From Streptomycetaceae bacterium (GTDB lineage Bacteria; Actinomycetota; Actinomycetes; Nanopelagicales; Nanopelagicaceae): a DNA stretch of 44,242 nt. Positions 28,740-38,007 of the stretch are shown here, piece by piece (positions within the stretch are counted from its first letter, which is position 1; each line of letters starts with the position of its first letter). Where the stretch lies: assembly GCA_027486075.1 (NCBI GenBank), contig JAIXPU010000116.1:1-44242 (forward strand), given 5' to 3'. The notes beneath the pieces were generated by a model. That model was not told the DNA's origin, ran no database searches, and was given only the letters and a program-made list of their open reading frames with translations. The position numbers and the translations under genes are program-made.

Positions 28740-30332
28740 TTATTTCCAACTCCAACTTTGTCCGGTTGGTCCATCGCTAATTTCTAGCCCCGCCTCTTCT
28801 AACTGCGCGCGCAAAAGATCACTTGTTGGCCAATTCTTATCAGCACGAGCTTGCGCACGTTCTGCCAGAAGGGCTGCAATCTCAGCGGGCAGGGCTTTCT
28901 GGATGGCAGGACGCGCCAAATCTAAACCCAGGACTTGATCTGCAAAGAGGAAGATGGCGCGTTTATCAAGTGCTCCTAGAGTGGAATCTTTTTCTACTGT
29001 GCGAAGTCGTTGCATAGCGCGCGGTGTATCTAAATCGTTTGTCAAAGCATAGATAACTTCTTGATCGAATTTAACATCATCGCCGTTGCCCCATTCAGTC
29101 ATGGCTGTGCGCCAACGACGCAAAGTCGCATGAGCTGCTTCAAGTGATGCCCAACTCAAATCCATCTGTGAGCGGTAACGGTTTTCAAGGAGCGAGAAGC
29201 GAAGAGAGAGCGGATCAAGCCCGCGATCGATGACATCTTGCAGCAGAACTACATTTCCAGCGCTCTTGGACATCTTCCGTCCTTCAAAGAGGAGATGTTC
29301 TCCATGTACCCATGTATCGACTGTCTCTTGTTTCGTCAGGGCATTTGATTGGGCACGTTCATTCTCATGGTGAGGAAAGCGCAGATCGATTCCTCCAATA
29401 TGCACATTAGCGTGGGCCTGCAAGAGATTGATTGACATGACGCTGCATTCGATATGCCAACCCGGAAAACCAGGACCCCAAGGAGAATCCCAAATCATCT
29501 GGGTGCGCCCACCAGCAACTTTCCAGAGCGCCCAATCTGCGTGAAATCTCTTTCCGCCTTCATCAACGTATTCATAACGATGGCCGGGCTTGAGCGAGTC
29601 CAATTTGTTTCCGCTGATTGCTCCGTAGCTCGCACACGATGCCGCATCAAAGTACACAGAGCCATCGCTACCGACATAGGCGCTCTTATTGGCAATGAGT
29701 TCTTCAATTGCTGCAATCATCTCAGTCATATTTTCAGAGGCTTTTGGATAGAGATCTGCAGGAATAACGTTAAGCCTTGCTAGATCTTGATGAAATCTCT
29801 CTTCATAACGTCGCGCAATTTCAAAGGGATCAATATTTGTGCGCTTTGATTCGGCCAACATCTTGTCGCCTTCTGCGCCATCTTCCTGAAAGTCATCAGC
29901 CATATGTCCAACGTCGGTGATGTTCTGAATCAACTGAACTTCCAGCCCCGTCAGAGCGATGGTGCGAGCGATGAGATCGGCGAGAAGAAAAGTCCGCAAA
30001 TTGCCAACATGTGCATCGCGATAGACAGTTGGACCACAGCAGTACATGGTTACCAATCCATCTGTCTGCGTTATCTCCTTCACAGATCGACTCATGGTGT
30101 CGTAGATGGATAAGCGCCCATGCGAGATATCGCGGCGATTAAAGACGGGAATAACCCGCATTACGGCAATATCGTCTGGGTTGAAGGTGATGAGTTCGCC
30201 GCGACGATTGAGTAGCTCTGTCTCACTCTGTAAAACTCCGACGATATCCCGGAAGCCACCATCGCCTTCGCGCAGGCGCAGAGTGGCGCGTTTGCCAAGG
30301 GCCCGGGCCACCTCGCCGCGAAAGTCATTCAC
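28740..30332 (-). CDS. cysS: Cysteine--tRNA ligase with N-terminal extension
   Basis: CGPTVY, HVGN, NITDVGH, DWALWK, PGWHIECS, GGIDLRFPHHENE, KMSKS, and anticodon-binding C-terminus (RAQARADKNW..SDLLR). GTG 30332 lies 6 nt after TACTGT. Confidence 0.9.
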   Translation of the reverse strand: MNDFRGEVARALGKRATLRLREGDGGFRDIVGVLQSETELLNRRGELITFNPDDIAVMRVIPVFNRRDISHGRLSIYDTMSRSVKEITQTDGLVTMYCCGPTVYRDAHVGNLRTFLLADLIARTIALTGLEVQLIQNITDVGHMADDFQEDGAEGDKMLAESKRTNIDPFEIARRYEERFHQDLARLNVIPADLYPKASENMTEMIAAIEELIANKSAYVGSDGSVYFDAASCASYGAISGNKLDSLKPGHRYEYVDEGGKRFHADWALWKVAGGRTQMIWDSPWGPGFPGWHIECSVMSINLLQAHANVHIGGIDLRFPHHENERAQSNALTKQETVDTWVHGEHLLFEGRKMSKSAGNVVLLQDVIDRGLDPLSLRFSLLENRYRSQMDLSWASLEAAHATLRRWRTAMTEWGNGDDVKFDQEVIYALTNDLDTPRAMQRLRTVEKDSTLGALDKRAIFLFADQVLGLDLARPAIQKALPAEIAALLAERAQARADKNWPTSDLLRAQLEEAGLEISDGPTGQSWSWK

Positions 30333-30416
30333 GCGATAACAGTAATCGTGCAATGCCCGCCCCGCAGGGTTAGAATTACCGCCATCTGTTAAGGAAAGCC
30401 AACTGGAGGATTCTTC

Positions 30417-30737
30417 GTGACATATGTGATTGCCGAACCATGCGTTGATGTGAAAGATAAGTCCTGCCGCGAAGAATGTCCGGTGGATTGCATCTACGAC
30501 GGCGCTCGAATGCTCTATATCCAGCCTGACGAATGTGTCGATTGTGGAGCCTGCGAACCGGTCTGCCCAGTTGAAGCCATCTATTACGAAGATGATGTCC
30601 CTGGCCAGTGGCAGAACTATAAGAAGATTAATACTGAGTTTTTCATTGAACTCGGTTCACCTGGAGGAGCATCAAAGGTCGGGGAGACAAATACCGATCA
30701 TGCAGATGTAACGGTTCTTGCGCCAAAAACTTCCTGA
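30417..30737 (+). CDS. fdxA: 7Fe-type ferredoxin
   Basis: MTYVIAEPCVDVKDKSCREECPVDCIY...CVDCGACEPVCP; SD GGAGGA upstream. Confidence 0.95.
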   Translation: MTYVIAEPCVDVKDKSCREECPVDCIYDGARMLYIQPDECVDCGACEPVCPVEAIYYEDDVPGQWQNYKKINTEFFIELGSPGGASKVGETNTDHADVTVLAPKTS

Positions 30738-31794
30738 TTTTCCTTGGGATTCGCTCGCTCCTTATGGAGTGATTGCGCGCTCGCATCCAGAAGGTGCAAT
30801 CGATTTATCGGTGGGTACTCCTGTGGATGCAACTCCAGAATTTATCCAGGCAGCTCTACAACGAGCAGCGAATTCTCCGGGATATCCCGTAACAGCTGGA
30901 ACTCCGCAATTGCGTGAAGCAATTGAAACCTGGGCGCGCACGCAGCTTGGTGCAACTGGAGATTTTGGAGTTCTTCCACTTATCGGATCCAAAGAATTTG
31001 TCGCATGGTTACCCACTTTTGTAGAAGCTAAGAGCGTTCTCTATCCCAGCGTTGCCTATCCCACGTATTTAGTTGGTGCACTCCTGGCTCAAGCAGAAGC
31101 GACAGCGGTTGAGATTGATTCCAGCACATGGCAGCAGGCGGATATGGCTTGGGTTAACTCGCCATCTAATCCAACCGGCCGCGTTCATTCAGAAGCTGAG
31201 TTGCGCGCTGCTATTACATGGGCGCGCCAGCACCAATCCCTGGTTGTATCCGATGAATGCTATTTCGAATTCGGCGATAGCGCTACGCCTACCTCAATCT
31301 TGAAATTTACTGATGGCGATAATCGCCATATCTTGGCCGTTCACTCACTTTCTAAGCGCTCTTCTATGGCTGGCTATCGCGCCGCCTTTGTTATCGGTGA
31401 TCCTGCGCTGATTGCTCGAATATTAGAAGTGCGCAAACATGCTGGGATGATTGTTCCCTTGCCGGTACAACAGGCGATGGTGGCAGCTCTCTCCGATAGC
31501 GCACATGTTGCAGAGCAACGCAGTCGTTATAACTTCCGTCGTAGCGTTCTTCGCCCGGCACTTGAAGCAGCGGGCTTCACCATTGAAGATTCTGTGGCAG
31601 GCCTTTACATCTGGGCTACCCGCCATGAAAGCGCTTGGGATTCAGTTGCTTGGCTTGCAGATTTAGGAATCTTGGCTACCCCTGGCATCTTCTACGGCGA
31701 TGCTGGCGCACAGCACATTCGCATTGCGATGACAGCAACAGATGAACAGATTGCCAGCGCCGCAGCGCGATTGCAGGCAAAGGTAAACGGATAA
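30718..31794 (+). CDS. dapC: N-succinyldiaminopimelate aminotransferase
   Basis: LPDFPWD, DLSVGTPVD, GSKE, NSPSNPTG, SDECY, SLSKRS, GYR; follows fdxA. Confidence 0.9.
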   Translation: MRQKLPDFPWDSLAPYGVIARSHPEGAIDLSVGTPVDATPEFIQAALQRAANSPGYPVTAGTPQLREAIETWARTQLGATGDFGVLPLIGSKEFVAWLPTFVEAKSVLYPSVAYPTYLVGALLAQAEATAVEIDSSTWQQADMAWVNSPSNPTGRVHSEAELRAAITWARQHQSLVVSDECYFEFGDSATPTSILKFTDGDNRHILAVHSLSKRSSMAGYRAAFVIGDPALIARILEVRKHAGMIVPLPVQQAMVAALSDSAHVAEQRSRYNFRRSVLRPALEAAGFTIEDSVAGLYIWATRHESAWDSVAWLADLGILATPGIFYGDAGAQHIRIAMTATDEQIASAAARLQAKVNG

Positions 31795-32751
31795 ATGGCT
31801 GTCGGCATCTTGCTCGTTGGAGGTTTTGGGACACGTCTTAAACCTCTTACCAATGAATCTCCTAAACCGATGTTGCCAGTTGCGGGCCTGCCGGTAACTG
31901 AACACCAGATTCTCGCGGCCAAGAAAGCAGGAATACATACTTTGGTATTGGCAACTTCATATCTCGCAGAAGTGTTCACGCCATATTTTGGTGATGGATC
32001 GCAGTGGGATATGAAGATTCTCTATGCAGTAGAGAAAGAACCTTTGGGTACGGGTGGGGCAATTCGTAATGCAGCGCAGCTACTTGGGCGCGATGAAGAG
32101 ATCGTGATTTTCAATGGTGATGTCCTTAGTCGTCACTCAATTGCAGATCAGCTGGCATTTCACCAAAAGCACAAGGCCGATGTCACACTTCACCTCATCA
32201 AAGTTGAAGATGCGCGCGCCTTCGGTTGTGTGCCAATCGATGGCGATGGGCGTGTCACTGCCTTTCTTGAGAAGATGGAAAATCCAGTCACCAATCTCAT
32301 CAATGCTGGCTGCTACATCTTTTCTCCAGAAGTCATTGATCGCATTCCACTCAATACCGTTGTGAGTGTGGAGCGAGAAACTTTCCCTGCACTTGTTGCA
32401 GAGCAACGCCCAATCTTTGGATATCACGAGCAGGCGTATTGGTTAGATGTAGGTACTCCTGCTGCGCTCTTTAAGGGATCGCGCGATCTCGTTGTAGGTG
32501 ATTTTCATGCGATGGCTGACTGCGTTATCGCACCGGATGCGAAAATAACGGGTGGCACATCTATCGGGGCGCGCTGCCAGATTGGGGCAGGCGCCCAGAT
32601 CGAAGACTGCATCATCGGAGATGGCGTCATCGTGGGGGATGGTGCATCACTGACACGATCTTTTCTGGCACATGGCGCAGTCGTTGCACCAGGCGCAGTT
32701 TTTCTCGAGAGATATCTATCAAAGAGCGCAGATTTACCGATTTCGCTCTAA
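31795..32751 (+). CDS. NDP-sugar pyrophosphorylase (mannose-1-phosphate guanylyltransferase-like)
   Basis: LVGGFGTRLKPLT..PKP, EPLGTGG, NGD, EK, INAGCY, WLDVGT, hexapeptide tail. Confidence 0.88.
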   Translation: MAVGILLVGGFGTRLKPLTNESPKPMLPVAGLPVTEHQILAAKKAGIHTLVLATSYLAEVFTPYFGDGSQWDMKILYAVEKEPLGTGGAIRNAAQLLGRDEEIVIFNGDVLSRHSIADQLAFHQKHKADVTLHLIKVEDARAFGCVPIDGDGRVTAFLEKMENPVTNLINAGCYIFSPEVIDRIPLNTVVSVERETFPALVAEQRPIFGYHEQAYWLDVGTPAALFKGSRDLVVGDFHAMADCVIAPDAKITGGTSIGARCQIGAGAQIEDCIIGDGVIVGDGASLTRSFLAHGAVVAPGAVFLERYLSKSADLPISL

Positions 32752-32799
32752 TTTTTCTCACTTTTTTGCCAAATCAGGCCTAAATTCCCCACCCTGGGG

Positions 32800-32830
32800 T
32801 TGACTCCAAGGGATTACACGGGTGTAATTC
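32800..32830 (+). promoter_or_regulatory. whiB promoter with palindromic operator
   Basis: TTGACT 32800-32805, 17 nt, TGTAAT 32823-32828; inverted repeat ATTACAC-GG-GTGTAAT 32813-32828. Confidence 0.6.
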
Positions 32831-32888
32831 TCTTCTAGAGCGCGTGATTAATTAGAAATCACAGCCTATGACTTGAGGAGATTTGCGA

Positions 32889-33197
32889 ATGCCAATCCGC
32901 CCAGAAGGAACATCTACTGGCAAGCCATCAGCCCCCACTGCTGGACCAACAATTCAACTCGCTAGCGGAGAGAACTTAGAGCTCTCCTGGCAAGAGCGCT
33001 CACTGTGCGCTCAGACTGACCCTGAAGCTTTCTTCCCTGAAAAGGGTGGATCTACCCGCGAAGCTAAGCGGGTCTGCCTCTCTTGTGAGGTTCGCCAAGA
33101 GTGCCTCGAATACGCCCTCGCTCACGATGAGCGTTTTGGCATCTGGGGCGGACTCTCTGAGCGTGAGCGTCGTCGCCTCAAGCGACGTCCTGCTTAA
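32889..33197 (+). CDS. whiB: WhiB (WhiB2/WhmD-type) Fe-S transcription regulator
   Basis: CAQTDPEAFFPEKGGSTREAK.VC..CEVR.ECL...GIWGGLSERERR. ATG 32889 is 8 nt from SD GAGGAG. Confidence 0.95.
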   Translation: MPIRPEGTSTGKPSAPTAGPTIQLASGENLELSWQERSLCAQTDPEAFFPEKGGSTREAKRVCLSCEVRQECLEYALAHDERFGIWGGLSERERRRLKRRPA

Positions 33198-33238
33198 CTC
33201 ACCATTTATATCCGCACACCACGCGATAAGTTTCCTTT

Positions 33239-36200
33239 ATGAGTACGCAACGCGTTACTGCGATTCTCGTTGTTCATGATGGAGCAACCTGGTTACCAGA
33301 GGTTGTGACTTCCCTTGCAACGCAGACACGTAGCGCAGATCGCGTCATCGCAGTCGATACCGGTTCTGTAGATGCATCAGCAAAGTTGCTAAAAGGCGCG
33401 CGCATCCCAACTATTTCTCTTGATCGCGAGATAGGTTTTGGAGAAGCCATCTCTTATGCAGTCGGACAGTTGCCGCCGACTACAGATTCACTCAATGAAT
33501 GGATCTGGGTACTGCATGATGATTGCGCATTTGCTAAAGATGCACTGGAAAATCTGCTTGCTGCAGTTGCCGAACGTCCCAACGTTGCAATGGCTGGACC
33601 GAAGTTACTTGGCTGGCACGACAGAACACATCTACTTGAAGTTGGAATTAGCTTAGCTACCAATGGCGCTCGCTGGACTGGGCTAGAACAGGCAGAGTAT
33701 GACCAAGGACAGCGCGATGGAGTTCACGAAGTTCTGGCAGTCAGTACAGCAGGTGCACTCATTCGGCGCGATGTTTATGAAGAGCTCGGCGGCTTCGATA
33801 AAAACTTAGAGCTCTTCCGCGATGATGTTGATTTTGGCTGGCGCACACGTGTAGCGGGTCACTCTGTGATTGTTGCAACCGATGCAGTTGGCTACCACGC
33901 GCAGGCCGCCGCCTCTGAACGTCGCACCGTCGATGTAAAGGGAGCGCTGCTTCATAGACCGTTGCTCCTTGATCGCCGAAATGCTGCTTACGTGCTCCTA
34001 GCTAATGCCAGCATGTGGGCGCTTCCCATGTTGTCGGTGCAACTTCTTGCTGGAGCGATCTTCCGTTCCATCGGTTATCTCTTTGCAAAACTTCCTGGCT
34101 ATGCCAGCGATGAGTTGCTCGCAATCCTGACTCTCATTATTCGTCCTACTGAGCTACTCGCTGCACGTAGGGCTAGGAAGAAAAATAGATTTATTTCAAG
34201 TGCCGCAGTCAAACCTTTTATTCCCTCACGCTTTCAGCAGATTCGTAGCTCGGTGGCGCGCGCCATCGACGCGCTACGTGAGCGCGTCATTCCCGACCGT
34301 GAAGAAACTGTGGTTAATAGCGCCCTAGAAATTAATGAAGATGAGGATTTATTGACCCCATCGAGCCAGCGTTCTTGGCTACTTCTCTTCACTCGCCCCA
34401 TCATTGCTATGGCATCAGCGCTAGCAGTCATCACCTTGTTATGGAGTCGAAATCGTTTCGGAGAAATCTCAGGTGGCGCGTTAGCGATGTCGCCAGATAA
34501 CGCGCAAGATCTCTTCAAGCTTTATATTGCCAGTTGGCACGACATCGGAATGGGAAGCGGACTATCTACGCCTGTCTGGGTACCAATTGTTGGAGCGGCT
34601 TCACTGCTCACCTTTGGAAATGTGGCAGCCTTCATCTCACTCTTCTTCCTGCTGGCTCCATTTGCACTTCTCTTTTCTGCGCACCGTTATCTAAAGAGCT
34701 TCACTGCAAATAGCTGGTTGGCGGCAGGCGCTGCGCTGCTCTATGCACTTTCTCCGGTTGCTATCTCTGCAGTGAATTCAGGACGACTTGGCCTTCTGCT
34801 CTTCCTCATTGTGCTGCCATTTACCTTGCCGCTACTCAAAAACTGGGCAGAGATTCATACCTGGACGCTGCGACGTATCAGTGCGATTGCCCTACTTATC
34901 TGGATACTTTCTGCCTTTAACCCATCCGTAATTTTGGTGATTTTAGGAATTGTCGCGTACTCGGCCACCCGTGATTTCTTGGCCGCAAATAAGAATTTCA
35001 AAGATGCGCTCTTCATCCAACGCGCAATTCGTTATGCCACCCTTTTATTGGCGCCACTCTTGCTTTCCGCACCTGGATCATTTGAGTATTTTGTTCGACC
35101 AAACCTGCTCATGAGCGAAATCGGATTTACTGTTGCTGGGGGAGGACCAAATCTTGCACTCATGGGTAACCCAGGTGGCCCAGGATCCTTGCCATGGTGG
35201 TGCATCAGCCCAATCACCGTCGTGCTTATGGTTACCTATTTCTCATCGACGGCCGCTCGAAAGTTTGCAACGCCGGGTGTTGTTTTCCTGTTAAGCGGTG
35301 CACTCGTATCTGCACTGGTTATTTCAGGAAATGGATCTTCATCTACCACCAGAGCTAGCGCTGGAATTTTCCTTGCTGTAGCAACGCTCTTCGCAATTGC
35401 TGCAGCAGTGATTATGTTCGACAAGATCAAATCTCGCTTGGCGCAATCGAGCGTTAACTACCGCCACATTTCTATCGCCTTGGTGCTACTACTGACCACG
35501 GGCTACACGGCAACTTCAACATTCTGGCTTGTAACTGCTGGTTCTGATTCACCAGTAAGAACTACTCAAACAGAGATACTGCCTGCCTTCTTAGCAATTG
35601 AGAAAGGCGCTAAGACTGTAGTGATTCGTCCCTATCGACAGAAAGGCGAACAGACTCTTTCATATTACATTTCTCGTGGTCGTGAAGTCACCTTAGGCGA
35701 ACCAGATATTGCACCAAGGGATACCGCAATAATTTCGCGCGCAATTGAAGGTCTAGTTGGTAACACTGGAGTGACATCGAGCAATATTCTTTCGACATAT
35801 GGCATCAAGTATGTCTTCTTGAAAAATCCTGTGAGCCAAGATGTTGTCCAAACAATTGATGGTTTGGGTGGCTTTAGCAGAACATCGGCGACTGAATCTG
35901 GGATTGTCTGGAAAGTTCTTAAGGATACGGGGCGAGTTAAGTTCACCAACTATTCAGGGCGTGAGTTTGTCCTTGAATCCAAGGGCGTTCGTACATTTGT
36001 GCCAGCCCCGGGCACTATCCGTCTTGCTGAGACATACAGCGATGCATGGCAAGTTTTCCAAAATGGCTATCGCCTTGCCAAGGTTGAAGATGCAAATGGT
36101 CTACCGACATTTGAAGTAACTGAAGCTGGTGAAGTCTCTATCATTCATGATGGACGCGCCCGCCGCGCTTGGATCTCAATCTTCATCATCGCCCTCGTTA

Positions 36201-36268
36201 CTCTTATTGTGTTAGCCCTACCTGGTGGCCGCCGTAAAGCTGAGATTTCCGATAAGGAGATCGCATGA
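33239..36268 (+). CDS. Large GT2 glycosyltransferase / polytopic membrane protein
   Basis: N-terminal GT2 (VHDG, VDTGS, WVLHDD, GPKL, GGFD, DDVDFGWR), followed by many TM helices and an extracellular domain. Confidence 0.85.
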   Translation: MSTQRVTAILVVHDGATWLPEVVTSLATQTRSADRVIAVDTGSVDASAKLLKGARIPTISLDREIGFGEAISYAVGQLPPTTDSLNEWIWVLHDDCAFAKDALENLLAAVAERPNVAMAGPKLLGWHDRTHLLEVGISLATNGARWTGLEQAEYDQGQRDGVHEVLAVSTAGALIRRDVYEELGGFDKNLELFRDDVDFGWRTRVAGHSVIVATDAVGYHAQAAASERRTVDVKGALLHRPLLLDRRNAAYVLLANASMWALPMLSVQLLAGAIFRSIGYLFAKLPGYASDELLAILTLIIRPTELLAARRARKKNRFISSAAVKPFIPSRFQQIRSSVARAIDALRERVIPDREETVVNSALEINEDEDLLTPSSQRSWLLLFTRPIIAMASALAVITLLWSRNRFGEISGGALAMSPDNAQDLFKLYIASWHDIGMGSGLSTPVWVPIVGAASLLTFGNVAAFISLFFLLAPFALLFSAHRYLKSFTANSWLAAGAALLYALSPVAISAVNSGRLGLLLFLIVLPFTLPLLKNWAEIHTWTLRRISAIALLIWILSAFNPSVILVILGIVAYSATRDFLAANKNFKDALFIQRAIRYATLLLAPLLLSAPGSFEYFVRPNLLMSEIGFTVAGGGPNLALMGNPGGPGSLPWWCISPITVVLMVTYFSSTAARKFATPGVVFLLSGALVSALVISGNGSSSTTRASAGIFLAVATLFAIAAAVIMFDKIKSRLAQSSVNYRHISIALVLLLTTGYTATSTFWLVTAGSDSPVRTTQTEILPAFLAIEKGAKTVVIRPYRQKGEQTLSYYISRGREVTLGEPDIAPRDTAIISRAIEGLVGNTGVTSSNILSTYGIKYVFLKNPVSQDVVQTIDGLGGFSRTSATESGIVWKVLKDTGRVKFTNYSGREFVLESKGVRTFVPAPGTIRLAETYSDAWQVFQNGYRLAKVEDANGLPTFEVTEAGEVSIIHDGRARRAWISIFIIALVTLIVLALPGGRRKAEISDKEIA

Positions 36269-37566
36269 GAAACCAGAGAGCTTTGATACTGGTAGCGGCA
36301 GTTACAGCTGTGATTTTCGTAAGTAACATCCTGAACTTCACAGTTTCCACTAGCCGATTCAATGAGTCCTATCCTGCAGTTGTCTGCCCTCCAAATACCA
36401 GCGGTTTGAGTACTGCCATTTCGCTTACCTCAACTAAGACTTTGGCACGCAAAACAGGTAGCTCATCAATGAAGTCAACCGAGGTTGGTTTTAGGCGCTA
36501 TGCTGTCGCTGCGCAATCGGCAGTAATTGAATCTGGGAAAGTTACTCCTCTTGTCTGGCAAGTTCGCAAGGGCGTGTGGGCAGGTGCAATTGCATGTAGC
36601 GCACCAGCTTCATCACAGTGGTTTGTCGGTGCATCTGCCGATATCACCGCTAAAGGTTCGCTCCATATCGTCAATAGTGGACTTGGTCGAGCGCTCGTTG
36701 ATGTGACAGTGTTTACTGAGAATGGTGAGTTGGCTCCGCGCAGCGTTTCAATTCGAGCCAACTCCTACACCTCGCTCTCGCTAGCATCGCTTGCTCCAGG
36801 TTCAAAGAAGATCGCTATCTACCTTCTCCCTCGCGCAGGTCGAATAAATGGCTACCTGATTGATGAACGTGGCAAGGGGCTCACATCTCTTGGCGGCGAT
36901 TTGGTTAATCCAACGCAAGCGCCGACTACCAAACTGCAGATCCCTGCAATTCCACAACAAGTAGGGCGCGGCGGAACCACTCCACATACTCTGCGACTAC
37001 TTGTTCCTGGCGAAGTTGATGCGCGTATCTCTGCAGAGATTAGATCTACCGATGGAACTTTTGCGCCAGTAGGAATCACCGACCGCGTCATTGCGCACAA
37101 GCAGGTCATTGAGATCCCGATGGATATCACTATGGCTGCTGGCAAGTTTGCGCTCCATATCTCCTCAGATCAGCCGATTTTGGGTTCAGTCTTTTCACCT
37201 ACAAATGCGCAAGGAAAGCGTGACTTTGTATGGAGTACCGCGGCTGAGGACTTAACTGAATACACCATCGCTACAACTGGGCTCGCCCCAATCTTGGTCT
37301 TCACTGGCCGAGATGTTCGAGTTACCTTGGATCTCACCTTTACAAATGGCAAGAGTAAGCAATTCAAGATAGCGAAAGAAGATATTGCGACGTTCAAGTT
37401 GCCAGATTCAGTTCGCTCAGTAACCTTTTCAGGAATTTCGAAGGGAACCTCGGGCGCTGCACTGATTGCATCAAAGAGCGGTTATGGCTACGTGCCCCTT
37501 AACCCTGGCAGCGAACTGACCAAATCTTCAGTCCCGGCATCAAATATTCGAGTGCTCAATCCATAA
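36265..37566 (+). CDS. Secreted/anchored protein, DUF5719-like
   Basis: N-terminal TM, CP, C..P...QWFVGA; ATGA-coupled to the GT2 gene; family inferred from motif and synteny. Confidence 0.7.
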   Translation: MRNQRALILVAAVTAVIFVSNILNFTVSTSRFNESYPAVVCPPNTSGLSTAISLTSTKTLARKTGSSSMKSTEVGFRRYAVAAQSAVIESGKVTPLVWQVRKGVWAGAIACSAPASSQWFVGASADITAKGSLHIVNSGLGRALVDVTVFTENGELAPRSVSIRANSYTSLSLASLAPGSKKIAIYLLPRAGRINGYLIDERGKGLTSLGGDLVNPTQAPTTKLQIPAIPQQVGRGGTTPHTLRLLVPGEVDARISAEIRSTDGTFAPVGITDRVIAHKQVIEIPMDITMAAGKFALHISSDQPILGSVFSPTNAQGKRDFVWSTAAEDLTEYTIATTGLAPILVFTGRDVRVTLDLTFTNGKSKQFKIAKEDIATFKLPDSVRSVTFSGISKGTSGAALIASKSGYGYVPLNPGSELTKSSVPASNIRVLNP

Positions 37567-37598
37567 CTTTTCCCACTCAGACCACTAACCTATTTCAC

Positions 37599-37970
37599 AT
37601 GGTTCCACAGACTCGTCACGGTCGCGCTTGCTCTCGCGTCTCTTGCCGCACTGTTGCAACCATGACCCTTACCTACATCTATGCCGATTCAACAGCGGTA
37701 CTAGGACCTCTTGCAACATTTGCTGAACCACACTCTTATGATCTTTGCGATAAGCACTCAGCTCGATTAACTGTTCCAAATGGCTGGGAAGTAATTCGCC
37801 ATGTTGCAGAAACTGATGCTGCAGGACCGAGCGATGATGATTTGATGGCGATTGCAGATGCAGTGCGCGAGGCAGCTACCGCACATCTTCAACCTTCACA
37901 GTCTGGCGTTGCTCAAGTAGCACACTCCAGCGTGGGTCGACGCGGACACCTAAGGGCTGTTCCTTCCTAA
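37599..37970 (+). CDS. DUF3499 family protein
   Basis: CSR..C, TLTYIYADSTAVLGPL, EPHSYDLC..H, TVPNGW, RRGHLR. Confidence 0.9.
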   Translation: MVPQTRHGRACSRVSCRTVATMTLTYIYADSTAVLGPLATFAEPHSYDLCDKHSARLTVPNGWEVIRHVAETDAAGPSDDDLMAIADAVREAATAHLQPSQSGVAQVAHSSVGRRGHLRAVPS

Positions 37971-38007
37971 TTTCGCATTTCGCACTAAATCTCTTTACGA
38001 TACTTAT

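Noticed and set aside
28740-30332. MshC (mycothiol cysteine ligase), suggested by the adjacent mshB
   Set aside because: It has CGPTVY rather than MshC-type CGITPY and keeps the C-terminal anticodon-binding domain, so it is called CysRS.
32843-32863. CRP/GlxR site in the whiB leader (GTGA...TCAC)
   Set aside because: The spacer is 11 nt, not the required 6.
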